The translations under genes were made by a program, and so were the position numbers. Shown one piece after another: positions 40,530 through 53,998 of a stretch of DNA of 64,000 bases. The DNA lies in NCBI RefSeq assembly GCF_006345805.1, contig NC_043017.1, positions 28,644,001-28,708,000 on the forward strand. The letters run 5' to 3'. This stretch comes from Octopus sinensis (taxonomy: Eukaryota). The notes under the pieces are model-generated. The model was not told where the DNA came from. It saw only the letters and a program-made list of their open reading frames with translations, and did not search any database. How positions within the stretch are numbered: position 1 is the stretch's first letter; every line of letters starts with the position of its first letter.

Positions 40530-40740
40530 TGAAGAGAAGTTAACAGCTGCCACAAGGGAAGGAGAAAGGGTTAAAGAGACGGGGATATAGGAGATAGGGA
40601 AGCCACTAGGGAAGGGACACGGTCAAGGTATTTAGAGATCAATTACGCGGAGCAGTTGCCGGTGGAGACGATGGGGCTGTGAGGGTTGTTGGGCTTGTGG
40701 ATTTTGGGAAGGAAATAATAGGTAGAGAGGAAATAATTGG
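40530..40740 (-). mobile_element. PLE RT N-terminal fragment (PKIHK motif), same element split by SINEs
   Basis: Minus frame YFLPKIHKPNNPHSPIVST...LISKYLD. Confidence 0.7.
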
Positions 40741-40741
40741 T

Positions 40742-40905
40742 AGGCGCAGGAGTGGCTGTGTGGTAAGTAGCTTGCTTACATGTTTTCGGGTTCAGTCCCA
40801 GTGTCTGGCACCTTAGGCAATTGTTTCTACTATAGCTTCGACCAAAGCCTTGTGAATGGATTTGGTAGACGGAAACTGAAGAAACCGTCGAATATATATA
40901 TTAAC

Positions 40906-40939
<34 letters not shown>

Positions 40940-40948
40940 TATATATAC

Positions 40949-41036
<88 letters not shown>

Positions 41037-41260
41037 GAAATATATGTGTGGGTGTGCGTTGTGTATCTGTATTTGTCCGCCAACATCGCTTGACAACCGA
41101 TGCTGGTGTGTTTACGTCACCGTAACTTAGCGGTTCGGCTTAAAAGAACGATAGAATAAGTACTAGGCTTAGAAAGATTAAGTCCTGGGGGTCGGTTTGA
41201 ATCGACTAAAGGCGGTGCTCCAGCATGGCTGCAGTCAAATGAGTGAAACAAGTAAAAGAG
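40742..41260 (+). mobile_element. SINE family A inserted in PLE, expanded internal (TA)n
   Basis: Diverged full-length copy. Confidence 0.85.
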
Positions 41261-41406
41261 AGGCGTGGAATGCGGACAATGAGGTAAGGAGGGAGATAGG
41301 AGGAGGAAATGAGGTGATGGATAATGTAGGACACGGTAGATAGGTGTGGGTTTTGAGGGCAAGGGGCAATACAAGGAGGTGTCTTGAAGTTGACGAAGAG
41401 CTTCAG
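41261..41406 (-). mobile_element. PLE fragment upstream of PKIHK
   Basis: Minus frame SEALRQLQDTSLYCPL..KPT resembles the PLE EA.RQL.D...Y..L..DPT motif; collinear with the other two fragments. Confidence 0.5.
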
Positions 41407-41424
41407 ATTTATATATATATAAAT

Positions 41425-41629
41425 AAAATATGACCGCGTGTGTACCGTTGGCGATTTTTTTCCCTCTGTCTTCCCTTCTCTGGATCTTTCCTTCTCCTAT
41501 GTTTCCGAGAGCTCCGCTCGAAACGTTAGACCCTCCTTCTTTCCTTCTTCCCTGAGCGTCCAATAATACTATATTTGTTCCACGTCCTCGCGTTGTTGTG
41601 TTTTTTGTGCTTTCTTGTTTGGATTAACT
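41425..41629 (+). mobile_element. Copy of the ~210 bp hammerhead-like repeat (core partly deleted)
   Basis: GTTTCCGAGAGCTCCGCTCGAAACGTT; directly flanks the 5' side of the PLE RT fragments. Confidence 0.75.
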
Positions 41630-41641
41630 AGATAGATAGAC

Positions 41642-41697
<56 letters not shown>

Positions 41698-41762
41698 TGA
41701 TAGGTAGATAGATAGATAGAAAGATAGAGAGATAGATAGAGAGATAGATAGCTAGATAGATT

Positions 41763-41836
<74 letters not shown>

Positions 41837-41842
41837 CAGATA
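41630..41842 (+). repeat. (GATA)n microsatellite
   Basis: Direct reading. Confidence 0.95.
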
Positions 41843-42402
41843 GAAAGTTAGATATACAGATAGCTGGCTAGCTGGCTAAATATATAGCTAGTTGGTTAGA
41901 CAGATTGATTTTATATGTAAGTATATATGCTGATAAAGATATATATATATATATATGAATATCTGTATTTATGCTTCTGTAGGTTATTGTGTATGTAAGT
42001 ATGCATATACACGCTTTCACATAAATACACACACATACACAGTTACACACACTCGCACACACACACATGCACACACATTCGTGATATGCTGGTGGATTTC
42101 CAAAATATGTTTGTTTTATTTGTTTCATTTCATTTGTAATACAATAAAGAGAAAATATTAAAATAACCACTTCCTTGACATTTTTGGTTTCAGATGAACA
42201 ATAACTGCAGATGAAAATAACGCTACACAAATCTCTGAGAATACTGATGCAACTATTTCAACATTATTCTCTATCTTCGGGAGTGAGTATTTTATATATA
42301 TATATATATATAAATATAAATATATATATAAATGTATATATATATATATATAAATATATATATTATTTATATATATATTATATATATATTATATATATAT
42401 AT

Positions 42403-42444
<42 letters not shown>

Positions 42445-42860
42445 AAATATATATATATATATATGTTTTTTTTTACTCTTTATTTCTCCGTCGTAAAGCG
42501 GTCTTTTCATTAGAAATATTGAACGTTATACGCAGTAAAGCTCTCAACGCCAAATAACTAAAGAAACGTATTGAGTTTAACAGCTGTCGCTTTCTTCATA
42601 TTTTGTGTACTAAATATATTTCCCCCGGTATTGGAATTGTAAGAAACTTTGGAATTAGTCACGAGTGAAACTCGCTTTCAGAAGACAAAATACGTTTCAC
42701 TGTACGCATATAAATGCCAAGAAAATATTTTTTGAAAAGTTTAGGAAGCGAGTGCGATATGTAACCAATCAGATATATGAAGAGATGTAGAATATATATG
42801 AGTGTATAAATGCAAAGCATGAGCATGTGTATGCAAATATACATACATAAATACATATTA

Positions 42861-42913
<53 letters not shown>

Positions 42914-42935
42914 TATATATATGTATATATATATA

Positions 42936-42971
<36 letters not shown>

Positions 42972-43202
42972 GTGTGTGTGTGTGTTGTGTATATATATAT
43001 ATGTATATATACATATATATATATATGTGTGTGTGTGTGTGTATATACATATATATATATATTTTTTCTTGTTTCAGCTCAGAGCTGCTTATATATATAT
43101 GTAAATATATATGTAATATATACGATAGATAAATATATAGACAGACAGACGGACAGATAGATAGATAATAAATAGATAGATAGATAGATCGCAAAATAGA
43201 TC

Positions 43203-43271
<69 letters not shown>

Positions 43272-43791
43272 ATTGTTATTTGCTGCGTGCCAAAGTTTTC
43301 AGTTTAAGTCTCACTTTTCAAATTTTCGTTAAAAATTTCACTCATGAAACAAAACATACGAATATGAATGAATGCATTAAATATATAATTATTGACAAAA
43401 TGATGATACACTATTTTACACATACACATATCTTCGGGCACGCACACAGAGACTTAGAGGTGGATACATAGACACATACACAAGCACATATATATATATA
43501 TATAGACATTTAATGTCGCAATCTGCATACACACACGCACGCCCACAGTCACATGCCGACTAAACATAATATATACACCTAGCTGCATATATAATATAAT
43601 ATATATTATATATATAATATATAATATATATATATTGAGAAGGAGAGAGTGACAGAGGAAAAAGTGTGAGTATTATTTTAGAAATTCAAATACACGCACA
43701 CAAACCCACACACATATATATGTATGTATTATATGTACATAAATTTGTGGTGTATGACTCCTGTATGTACATATATACAGATATCAGTATG

Positions 43792-43827
<36 letters not shown>

Positions 43828-43855
43828 CTTATATATATATATATATATATATATA

Positions 43856-43894
<39 letters not shown>

Positions 43895-44242
43895 TATATA
43901 TATTATCATATATATATATATATATAATATATATATATATATAGGTAGATAGATAGATAGATACATTGATAGAGAGATAGACATATTAAAATATATATGC
44001 ATAAATTATATATGTATACGTATATATTATATAATATAATACAATATATATTACTATTTAGATGAATAAGTATATATCTAACATTATAAATAAATAAATA
44101 TGTATGTATACATATGTGTATGCATATGTACATAAAATAGTGTGTGTACATCTGTGTGTGTATACATATATGTATACATCAGTATATATATTCACACACA
44201 TATATATGCATAACTTATATATATATACGATATATATATGCA

Positions 44243-44293
<51 letters not shown>

Positions 44294-44768
44294 CGTATGT
44301 GTATGTATATCTACATATATGGATATAATAGATATACTCGCACACATATAATGCGTGCATTCTGCATAATAAACATGTAGGAATCTAAGAATAAACGGCC
44401 ATCAGTCTCCTATAAGATGATATTAAAATTGAATATTTGCATAGTCTGCCACAAATAAGTACTGAACTTTTCTTTTTGTGGCTTTCTGTGGCATTATCCA
44501 CCGATTTAATATAATGTCGTAAAAATGTTTACTCCAAAAGCCTAAGCAGACAGAAACATTTTAACGACAATAAAGATACATACTTACATATTCATCTGCT
44601 CTACGCGTATCTACATAAATGCAGAACCTCATACATATACTAACTCACTCACACGCATGCTCATGCACGGAAACACACACATACAACAAACACACTTACA
44701 TGCTCACACACTCACAGACTCACATGACATTGTTATATGTCTTTTATTTATATACACTGATATGATGT

Positions 44769-45160
44769 GGAGGCGCAATGGCCCAGTGGTTAGGGCAGCG
44801 AACTCGTGGTCATAGGATCGCGGTTTCGATTCCCAGACCGGGCGTTGTGAGTGTTTATTGAGCGAAGACACCTAAAAAAAAGCTCCACGAGGCTCCGGCA
44901 GGGGATGGTGGTGATCCCTGCTGTACTCTTTCACCACAACTTTCTCTCACTCTTACTTCCTGTTTCTGTTGTACCTGTACTTCAAAGGGCCGGCCTTGTC
45001 ACTCTCTGTGTCACGCTGAATATCCCCGAGAACTACGTTAAGGATGCACGTGTCTGTGGAGTGCTCAGCCACTGACACGTTAATTTCACGAGCACGTTGT
45101 TCCATTGATTCGGATCAACCGGAACCCTCATCGTCGTAACCGACGGAGTGCTTCCATTCC
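44769..45160 (+). mobile_element. SINE family C (tRNA-derived head, ~390 bp)
   Basis: A-box TGGCCCAGTGG and B-box GGTTTCGATTCCC, followed by a non-tRNA body; not a foldable intact tRNA. Confidence 0.75.
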
Positions 45161-45598
45161 ACACTAATATATATTGCTTTTTACACGTACAGAAATAATG
45201 TATAGAGGAAGATATATTTTACTAAATATTTGTTGGTGTAACTTCGAAGCTTGGCATAATTACGTTTTATGATGTCAATTCGGAAGAGTTGAATTTTGAA
45301 TTCAGAACTCGTAGATGTTTATATGTACAAGATTAATTGAAGATTACATTATGTTTGCCGATTGTTCGATAAACACCCTTATTTGATTGGATCTTTGAAA
45401 TGACACATGCCTGAGCACAATATGAAATCGTATTATTCTTCACAGCCTTTGATGGATGACGTATATTCATGCAATTGGTCTATCACATATTCAACAGAGT
45501 GGACAAGTCATTTTGCTTTTGGGTTTTCTTTGAAGCGCATTTAAATGAATAGTCGTACTCGCGATGAACTAACATATTCATCATACATGCTTGCGTTG

Positions 45599-45636
<38 letters not shown>

Positions 45637-45784
45637 CAAAGACTGTCCGACGAACGGGAAATGAAACTCAGAGTAACAGGTTTTGTTGAATTTTTGCTGC
45701 TTTAAATAAAGCATATTACTCTACCACTGTATTTGAGTACTCTTTCTTCCACCTTGTTCACATTTATGTGTACTACGGTATATA

Positions 45785-45832
<48 letters not shown>

Positions 45833-45941
45833 TATATACAGATAAAGGGTGAAATATAATTAATTTAATAAAATCAATAAATTCTACCTTGTAGTATTTC
45901 GGTATGAAAAGGACCATATTCGGTAAAATTTATATAATTAT

Positions 45942-46102
45942 AATAAGGGTTTTTTGCAACAAAGTTCTTAAAACATACCGAAAATATTAGAAATAGCAGT
46001 CAAAGGGCTACTATTTCTATTACTAGTAATAGAAATAGTAGCACTTGACTGCTATTTCTAATATTTTCGGTTTTAAGCAACGTGTTGTAAAAAACCCTTA
46101 TT
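45942..46102. mobile_element. Palindromic MITE-like element with perfect 36-bp central palindrome
   Basis: AATAAGGGT...ACCCTTATT ends; centre GCTACTATTTCTATTACT|AGTAATAGAAATAGTAGC at 46007-46042. Confidence 0.7.
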
Positions 46103-46109
46103 TGATTGG

Positions 46110-46149
<40 letters not shown>

Positions 46150-47000
46150 TATATATATATATATATTATATATATATACGCACACACCATAAATACACGT
46201 CGAACTGAAATCGTGGAAGGAATTTTTTTTTTAATTCGTTATCTCTATATTGAATCAATATGATAAGAAATAAATGAAATAATAAGAAACACATGTGGCG
46301 TATATTCTCAGAATATATGAATGAGAAAGGAAGGGGTGAAAAAGAAAGCAACTCTTTGCGAGTATATGTGTGTATGTGTGGGCGTGTGCAATGGAAGTAT
46401 GTGATTGTTTGTATGTGTGATTATTATGTACTTATCTATATATAAAATAATACAATTAGCCGTCATTTTTGACGGTACGGGGGTCAGCGAGTAATATCAT
46501 AAATGACGATAAATCGTGAATGATTGGAAGCGAGCACATCAAAAGATGGAATCTTTATTACTAAAGACAGAAAGAAAATTATTAATAATACTCCATACAG
46601 GGATCCATGGAAAAGGAAAGAAGGGGGAAGGGAAATAGAAGTAATAGAAAAAGAACAATGTAAAGTGACAGTTGAAGGTTACTTTTTTTGTACACACATA
46701 TATATACGTTTGTCGAAAGACACAAAAATGAGAGAAATATTTTAGACCAAGGTATATTAAGCATACCACTATATATTTATATAATCATAAGCACGCATAT
46801 GTAAATACGTGTACACTAAAATATATGCATATGTCCATATCAATATATTTACACACACAAACACACAAGCACACATATTATGCCATATATATATCTATAT
46901 ATATATATATATATATATACATACATACAGATTCATATAATATTCCAGATATAGATATGTATATATATATATGTGTGTGTGTGTGTATGTATATAATTAT

Positions 47001-47031
<31 letters not shown>

Positions 47032-47099
47032 TAGTATATAATAATATATATATATACACATACAAGTTCATATATATTATTCCAGATATAGATATTATA

Positions 47100-47134
<35 letters not shown>

Positions 47135-47150
47135 GTATGTATATAATATA

Positions 47151-47195
<45 letters not shown>

Positions 47196-48089
47196 TTATA
47201 TATATATATTATATATACATACATACATATATGTATATATATACATATATACATATATATATTCCCAAGTGCATGCAACTATTCAATGTTATACTCATTT
47301 CTCAAGCATGCACGGAAAATTAATGAATAACATATAGGTAAAGTTACATATACACGTAATAGTTAATGATGCAACAGGAGGGAACCGTATGATATCAAAA
47401 TACAAGTATTATACCAACTATATATGCAACAAAAAAAACAGTATCGTATGATATTAAAATTGATGTGTATACATTATATAATACATGCGGAAACTCATTT
47501 CTGTGAGTCCTTGTGTCACAATTTGACCCCCTCTCTCACTATTCAATGACACTTCTACTATTCCTAGAGTTAGGGGAGAGTAATCGTGGGCATGGAGACG
47601 GTGAGGGCGGTGGCGAAGACAGAGAGACATAGAAAGACAGTGAGAACGAAAAAAAGTAAAAGAGAGGGAGTGAAAGAATGACAATGAAATTTAGGGAGAG
47701 TTGATGATGTTTTATTAAAAGTAGCAGTGTTAATGGTGGCAGTGGGAGAAATAGAGAGAGAGAGAGAGAGAGAAAGTGAGAAGGAGAGAGAGAGAGTAAG
47801 GGTATGTGAGAGAGAGTAGGATATGATGTACAACGTTGTTTAAACATGTCTCTTTGACAAAAATCCCTGTAGCCAACATACTAAACACTTAACCAACTGT
47901 CATTTTTCTTCCTTTTTCTTGATCATGATTGGGATATGAATCTTGAGGAAGCAACTGCAAAAAATTCACCAAAACAAGTCAGAGATCTGTTTGCAGATCT
48001 TCCTATTCGGTGTCAGTTCATTAAAAGCTATATACTAGTTTCAAATTGAATGTATATAGCAAATGTGTAGAAGCTCATATCCATATATA

Positions 48090-48488
48090 TCTTTATATAT
48101 AAAAGTGAAGTTGTGTGTCTGTCTCCTACGATTTAGATTCCTAACTACTCCCACATTTTGCGGTGCAGTTTAACCAAAACCGGGTATCTTATAGTCGTGA
48201 TTCATATCGAGCCCTTCTGGGTATTAGCGCGCATCTACGATGAGTCTACGATTTAAAAAACAATTTACCATCATTTGTCTTCAATTTTAATGCATTTTTT
48301 CCGCTATTATATAAGGGGAGTAACTCTCTAAAAATGTCTACGATCAGTCAACGATTTAAAAAAAAACGTACCATCATTTTTTTCCATTTTTAATGCATTG
48401 TTTTGCTATTTTTTGGCTATAACTCTCTAAAAATGCTTATATAGTTATTTCCCTTACAAACCCGAGCAACGCCGGGCGATACTGCTAG
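48090..48488 (+). mobile_element. Non-autonomous Helitron (full-length reference copy)
   Basis: A|TCTTTATATATAAAAGTGAAGTTGTGTGTCTG...CCCGAGCAACGCCGGGCGATACTGCTAG|T. Confidence 0.85.
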
Positions 48489-48597
48489 TATATATATATA
48501 TGAATTTATAAATAAGGATAATATCGATATTTAAATATCGATATTGTCAAGTAGCCAGCATGGGAAAAATACCATACAGAGGTAATAATTTTTTTAC

Positions 48598-49039
48598 AAC
48601 TAAAAATAAGGGTATCTGAGAGACACCACCATGCCGAAATATCAGTCAAAACCCTGACTCTAAGAACCACCTTAAATGTTCATATCGCACCATGAGTTAA
48701 GACAGAGGGACGAAATAGCCTAGCAAAAAATATTACTGAATAGTTCAAGATCCTGGATTTCTAGCTTTGCTTTAAATAAGCTTTGCCTCGTCAGTTGAAT
48801 ATATCAGATGGGCACATAAATACAAATAAATATATGCAGAACAAACGTTATACTTACATATACGAACGTCCATACATACATATATGTGCACATATGTACA
48901 AGGCCAGTTAAATTGCCCGCCAAAAACACCCCATAAGCACGATATGATCAAAATAAACACCGCAGTGAATATAGTGACGAATTTTACAAATTTATAAATA
49001 AGGCATGGTGGTGTCTCTCAGACACCCTTATTTTTAGTT
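48598..49039. mobile_element. MITE-like element with 38-bp terminal inverted repeats
   Basis: AACTAAAAATAAGGGTATCTGAGAGACACCACCATGCC (48598-48635) vs 49002-49039, 1 mismatch. Confidence 0.65.
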
Positions 49040-49050
49040 ATATATATGTA

Positions 49051-49412
49051 CTAGCAGTATCGCCCGGCGTTGCTCGGGTTTGTAAGGAAAATAACTATAA
49101 AGCATTTTTAGAGAGTTATAGCCAAAAAATAGCAAAAAAAGCATTAAAAATGGAAAACAAATTATGGTAATTTTTTTTAAAAGCGTTGACTCATCGTAGA
49201 CATTTTTAGAGAGTTACTTCCCTTATATTTAAAAAAATATGCATTAAAATGGGAAAAATTATGGTAAATTATTTTTTAAATCGTAGAAGCGCTTGATATG
49301 AATCACGACTATAAGATACCCGGTTTTGGTTAAACTGCACCGCAAAATGTGGGAGTAGTTAGGAATCTAAATCGGAATAGACAGACACACAACCTTTCTT
49401 TTATATATAAAG

Positions 49413-49413
<1 letters not shown>
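49051..49413 (-). mobile_element. Non-autonomous Helitron, inverted relative to 48090-48488
   Basis: Same termini on the minus strand. Confidence 0.85.
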
Positions 49414-49458
<45 letters not shown>

Positions 49459-50379
49459 TCTATATACGCTTCTTACGATGGAGTTAACCAAATGCAAAGC
49501 AGAAATAAAGAATCGTACAACAAAAAAACTTAAAAGTGTCTTGTGAATACATACATGCATGGAATTACGATTTTATGCACCCAACAAGGTATCATTTTAA
49601 AGCTGGAACTTATGTTAACGTAAAAAGAAATGGAATGGTGAAACTACTTTTTTTTTGTTTTCTAAAAAAGCAATGTTTTACATATGCATATATATATATT
49701 GTTGTTTGTAAGAATATATATTACGATTATGTCTGTGTTGAATAGATTCGTTGTCACATCAAGTAACCCATATCCGGTCTGCTTCCGATATCCGCAGCAG
49801 AGTTGTTCTGTTCTGCAAGCTATGAAAGTAAAGCAATTTATTTAAAGTTGCTCGAACTGTACTTATGCTACGGCCCCAGTAATATGACAGATGGAAAATC
49901 TGTCATATGTTATAAGTAATATGTTGGCCACTAAATTGTCATTTAATATCGTTATTGTTTCTATTCTTTTCTATATCATTTAGAACATTTATCATTACTT
50001 ACGTTCGGGAAAAATATGACATTCTTTGACCTGATGAGCAATAACAAAATATTTTACCTATTTTAATTTATAAATTATTCAACTGGGTTATATAACTTAT
50101 ATTCTATAGATTAATACCTGCATGTAATATAATTTATTATTTATTGATTTATTATCGTAAAAGGATATCCTAAAAGGAATTGTTTTTATTTCATAAATGC
50201 TGAAAATCGATCGTGGTAACATGGATGTCAATTGATGAAATATATTCTTTCATCATATACCTCCTCTCTATGCTTATAATTTATAATCTCTTCATAAATT
50301 ATCATTACCAACTGGAATCATTGGACTACAGGAGATTATAATGAGCACCACGGATTAGTTATATCCATATATGGTGCAT

Positions 50380-50438
<59 letters not shown>

Positions 50439-50643
50439 AATATTTTATATATATTTATATTAAATTAGAGATAAAAAACACTATTATAAAACCAAATCAA
50501 ACAGTGAAAAACATAAACCAATACATAGAAATAAAATTAATTAATATAATATACAAAATATATAAAATTCAAAATTTAAATTATTTAAATTTAAAGTTAA
50601 AATTTAAAAAAATTATCTAAATTATTGATTTATACCTATACAT

Positions 50644-50720
<77 letters not shown>

Positions 50721-51317
50721 TATTTTTATTTTATTATTATATTATTATTATAATATTATATTTTTTCATATAAATATAACTATCAAAAAAACTATATATA
50801 TATATATATATACTTGCGCACTCAAAGGAATGTACCTGAAATCAGGGATCCACTACATAACACAGTGACGTCGGTGGAATCAGTATAGAAGGATATCCGT
50901 AAAAAGACGTGCATTTAAAACAGGAGCTGTGATTTCCCATGCTGTGTGACCGCTTCAATGCATGTTGTTATTAAGCAAAAATACCAAATTCTCGCTCGTC
51001 AAGCGGCCACGCTTTGACCCAGTCGACGCTCGCGAAAAGTGCATTTATATATATATATACATATATATATAACATGTTTGTGGTGTAACCTTTGGAATGC
51101 TTTGACTGTTACAAATGATAGATTAACTCTATTATGTAGCGAATAACACAAATGATAGCATTAGTCATATGACAATTTAATAATCAGCATTACACAGCTT
51201 TTGTATTTGATCCTACTGTTACTATGTTATAATTGCCGCTGTGCAATAATCATATTTCACGTAGAATTAAAAGAACAAATACGCAATAAAGTGAATTTAG
51301 TGATATTAGTAAATGGT

Positions 51318-51708
51318 AGGTGGCGAGATGGCAGAAGCGTTAGCACGCCAGGCGAAATGCTTATCGCTATTTCGTCTGTGTTTACGTTCTAAGTTAAAAT
51401 TCCGCGGAGGTCAATTTTGCTTTTCATCGTTTTGGAGTCTATAAATTAATAACCAGTTACATGCTGCGGTCGATCTAATCTAATCGACTACTCCTTCCCC
51501 CAAATTTAGGGCCTTGTGCATAGAGTCCAAAAGGATAGGGGTTAAGTCGATTAAATCGACTCCTGTTTCTAAATGGTACTTATTTTATCGACTACGAAAT
51601 GATGAAAGGCAAAGTTGAGCTCATAGGAATTTGAACACAGAGCGTAAAAACGGATGCCATGCCGGTAAATACTTTGCCCAGCGTGCTAACGATTCGACCA
51701 GCTCGCCG
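51318..51708. mobile_element. Two SINE family B copies, tail-to-tail inverted
   Basis: Plus copy 51318-~51538, minus copy ~51539-51708. Confidence 0.75.
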
Positions 51709-52581
51709 TTTTATGCATGTAGTAATATTGACGGGAATTATGGTTGAGCTATCCAATATTATATTATAGATTCTTTTGTATTTAATTCGCAATATCATTT
51801 ACAATGCAAATTATCTAAAATTTGATAGTTAAAAGTAATTCAAATTCTGACATGAAATTATTCTTATGCCCTGCATGTGGCTGATAATAACATTAATATC
51901 GCATTCTACCGGAAGTACTACAATTAAATTCCCTTCTATAAATCATATGCAAGCCATGAATTAGCCAATATTTGAGAGGCAATGGTATTGTGTATTCCGC
52001 GTCTATCAACTCATAATGTTACGTAAATCGTATCGATCCAGAAGGGGCTACGTGTACACCACCAAAACACGTATTAAATTAATCCATTTCATCCAAGAGC
52101 TCTCCATACTCAACTGAAAGAAAAACAGCCATTAAATAATCGATGAACTGGGCGTGATGGAGACGTTCGAAAAACTGGGAAAAATGTTCCCAGCTGCGAT
52201 TGCAATATTATGCTACTCAGTGAAAATTACAATAATAATTTACGATTTGAAAAAACGTGGAACAAAGAATGTACGTCAAAAATCGCTTTCCCCTTAAAAT
52301 CAATTATAACTGAAGGGTCTTACTGAAAAAAACACGTTTTCTGTAAAAATAATAATAAAAAAGACGTTAGGATTTTTAACAAGAGCTCTCTCTATAACTC
52401 GCATAACCCTAGTAAAAAAATCTGGCTGATCGTTCCATATGGAAAACAAGTTCAAAGTAACCTTCCCTAACTATTTCGTCAAGCTATCCAAAGTTACTTC
52501 CCCCAAAATTTCAGGTACCACTTCATTTTCAACACCTTCCGTATCAGAATTGGCTTTTCCAACACCGATAACCTACTATAG

Positions 52582-52809
52582 ATTGTATCCTTGCATAACG
52601 ACTATATTATTAAAGGTGAGAAGGTTTCACTTAGTGACTGTTATAGCATTAATAATAACCATAACCTTTCCGTAAATAATACTATCAATAGTAATAGTCC
52701 TTGTAATTTTAGTCCAAATATAATTTGTGTTCTCAACGGAAATTGCATAATTACGAACACTGTTTACCAATATAAAATTACTGCAGGAACTAAAGAATTC
52801 TTTTGTTGA
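52582..52809 (+). CDS. Candidate exon/ORF rich in Asn and Cys with three N-glycosylation sequons, unidentified
   Basis: IVSLHNDYIIKGEKVSLSDCYSINNNHNLSVNNTINSNSPCNFSPNIICVLNGNCIITNTVYQYKITAG; splice sites weak. Confidence 0.2.
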   Translation: MVSLHNDYIIKGEKVSLSDCYSINNNHNLSVNNTINSNSPCNFSPNIICVLNGNCIITNTVYQYKITAGTKEFFC

Positions 52810-53398
52810 ACTTGGTTCTATGGAATTGAAACTGCGTATCACAATCAGCATTCTATATTAAAATACATTCATAAACATAATCCTACAGGTTTTAGTAAAC
52901 TAATTTGGTGTCTCAAATAATTTAATATACACATTTCTCTAACTTGGAAAATTTAATCAAGATCATTTCCCTATGGAATAGGGATATAATTCTGCCTTCT
53001 TTGTACGGTCGAACAACTATTTGTCCTCTTTTTCAAATATACACCGGTCAACACCTATATAGAACGTGCTTACAGGTGTTTACAAATGTTTATATATATA
53101 TATGTTTATATCAGTGTTTCACTGCCCACCATCCTTTTTACAACCGATGTTGGTGTATTTACGTCCTTGTAAAACACTGAACAAAGTTTATATCAAAAAA
53201 ATTCCACTGACACCTTTGACGACACACGCATCATAATGAATGATGCTTTAACTCGCATCATAATGAATGAGTTGTTCCCTCACGCGTTCTACTGCAGCAA
53301 ACCAGTAAATAAATAATACACACACAGTATGTGAGGTCGTTCATATATATAAATATATGTGTGTGTCTGTGTGTGTGCGGTCGATCACACATATGTGT

Positions 53399-53429
<31 letters not shown>

Positions 53430-53433
53430 TAAT

Positions 53434-53468
<35 letters not shown>

Positions 53469-53520
53469 TACATATATTAGTCCAAATATAATTTGTGTTC
53501 TCAACGGTCGATTGGATTCA

Positions 53521-53710
53521 AGGCGGCGAGCTGGCAGAAACGTTAGCACGCCGGGCGAAATGCGTGGCCGTATTTCGTCTGCGCCATACGTTCTGAGTTA
53601 AATTCGCCGATGTCGACTTTGCTTTCATCCTTTCGCGGTCGATGTAATCGACTTAATCCCATTGTTTGTCCTCTCTGTGTTTAGCCTTGTGGTAAGTAAA
53701 GAACTATATA
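53521..53710 (+). mobile_element. SINE family B (indel-rich)
   Basis: GGCGGCGAGCTGGCAGAAACGTTAGCACGCCGGGCGAAATGC head. Confidence 0.8.
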
Positions 53711-53998
53711 TTATTTATTATATATATATATATATATATAGATACCACTCGAGTACTGAAGGTGCAGTGTTTGCTTTGATATAAGCTGAAAATCGTCAGT
53801 TACACCAGCTTGTGTAGATATTGCAGTTCAATAAAAGTATTCACGCACACACATACACACACAAACACACACAGTTACACTCACATAGAAACACCAATAC
53901 ATATATAATATATATAAAATATATATATATATAATATATAATATATATAATATTATATAATATATATATATATTATTATATATATATATGACATGTAT

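Noticed and set aside
44769-44845. tRNA-like sequence
   Set aside because: Has A/B boxes but no intact cloverleaf and continues into a SINE body, so called SINE rather than tRNA.
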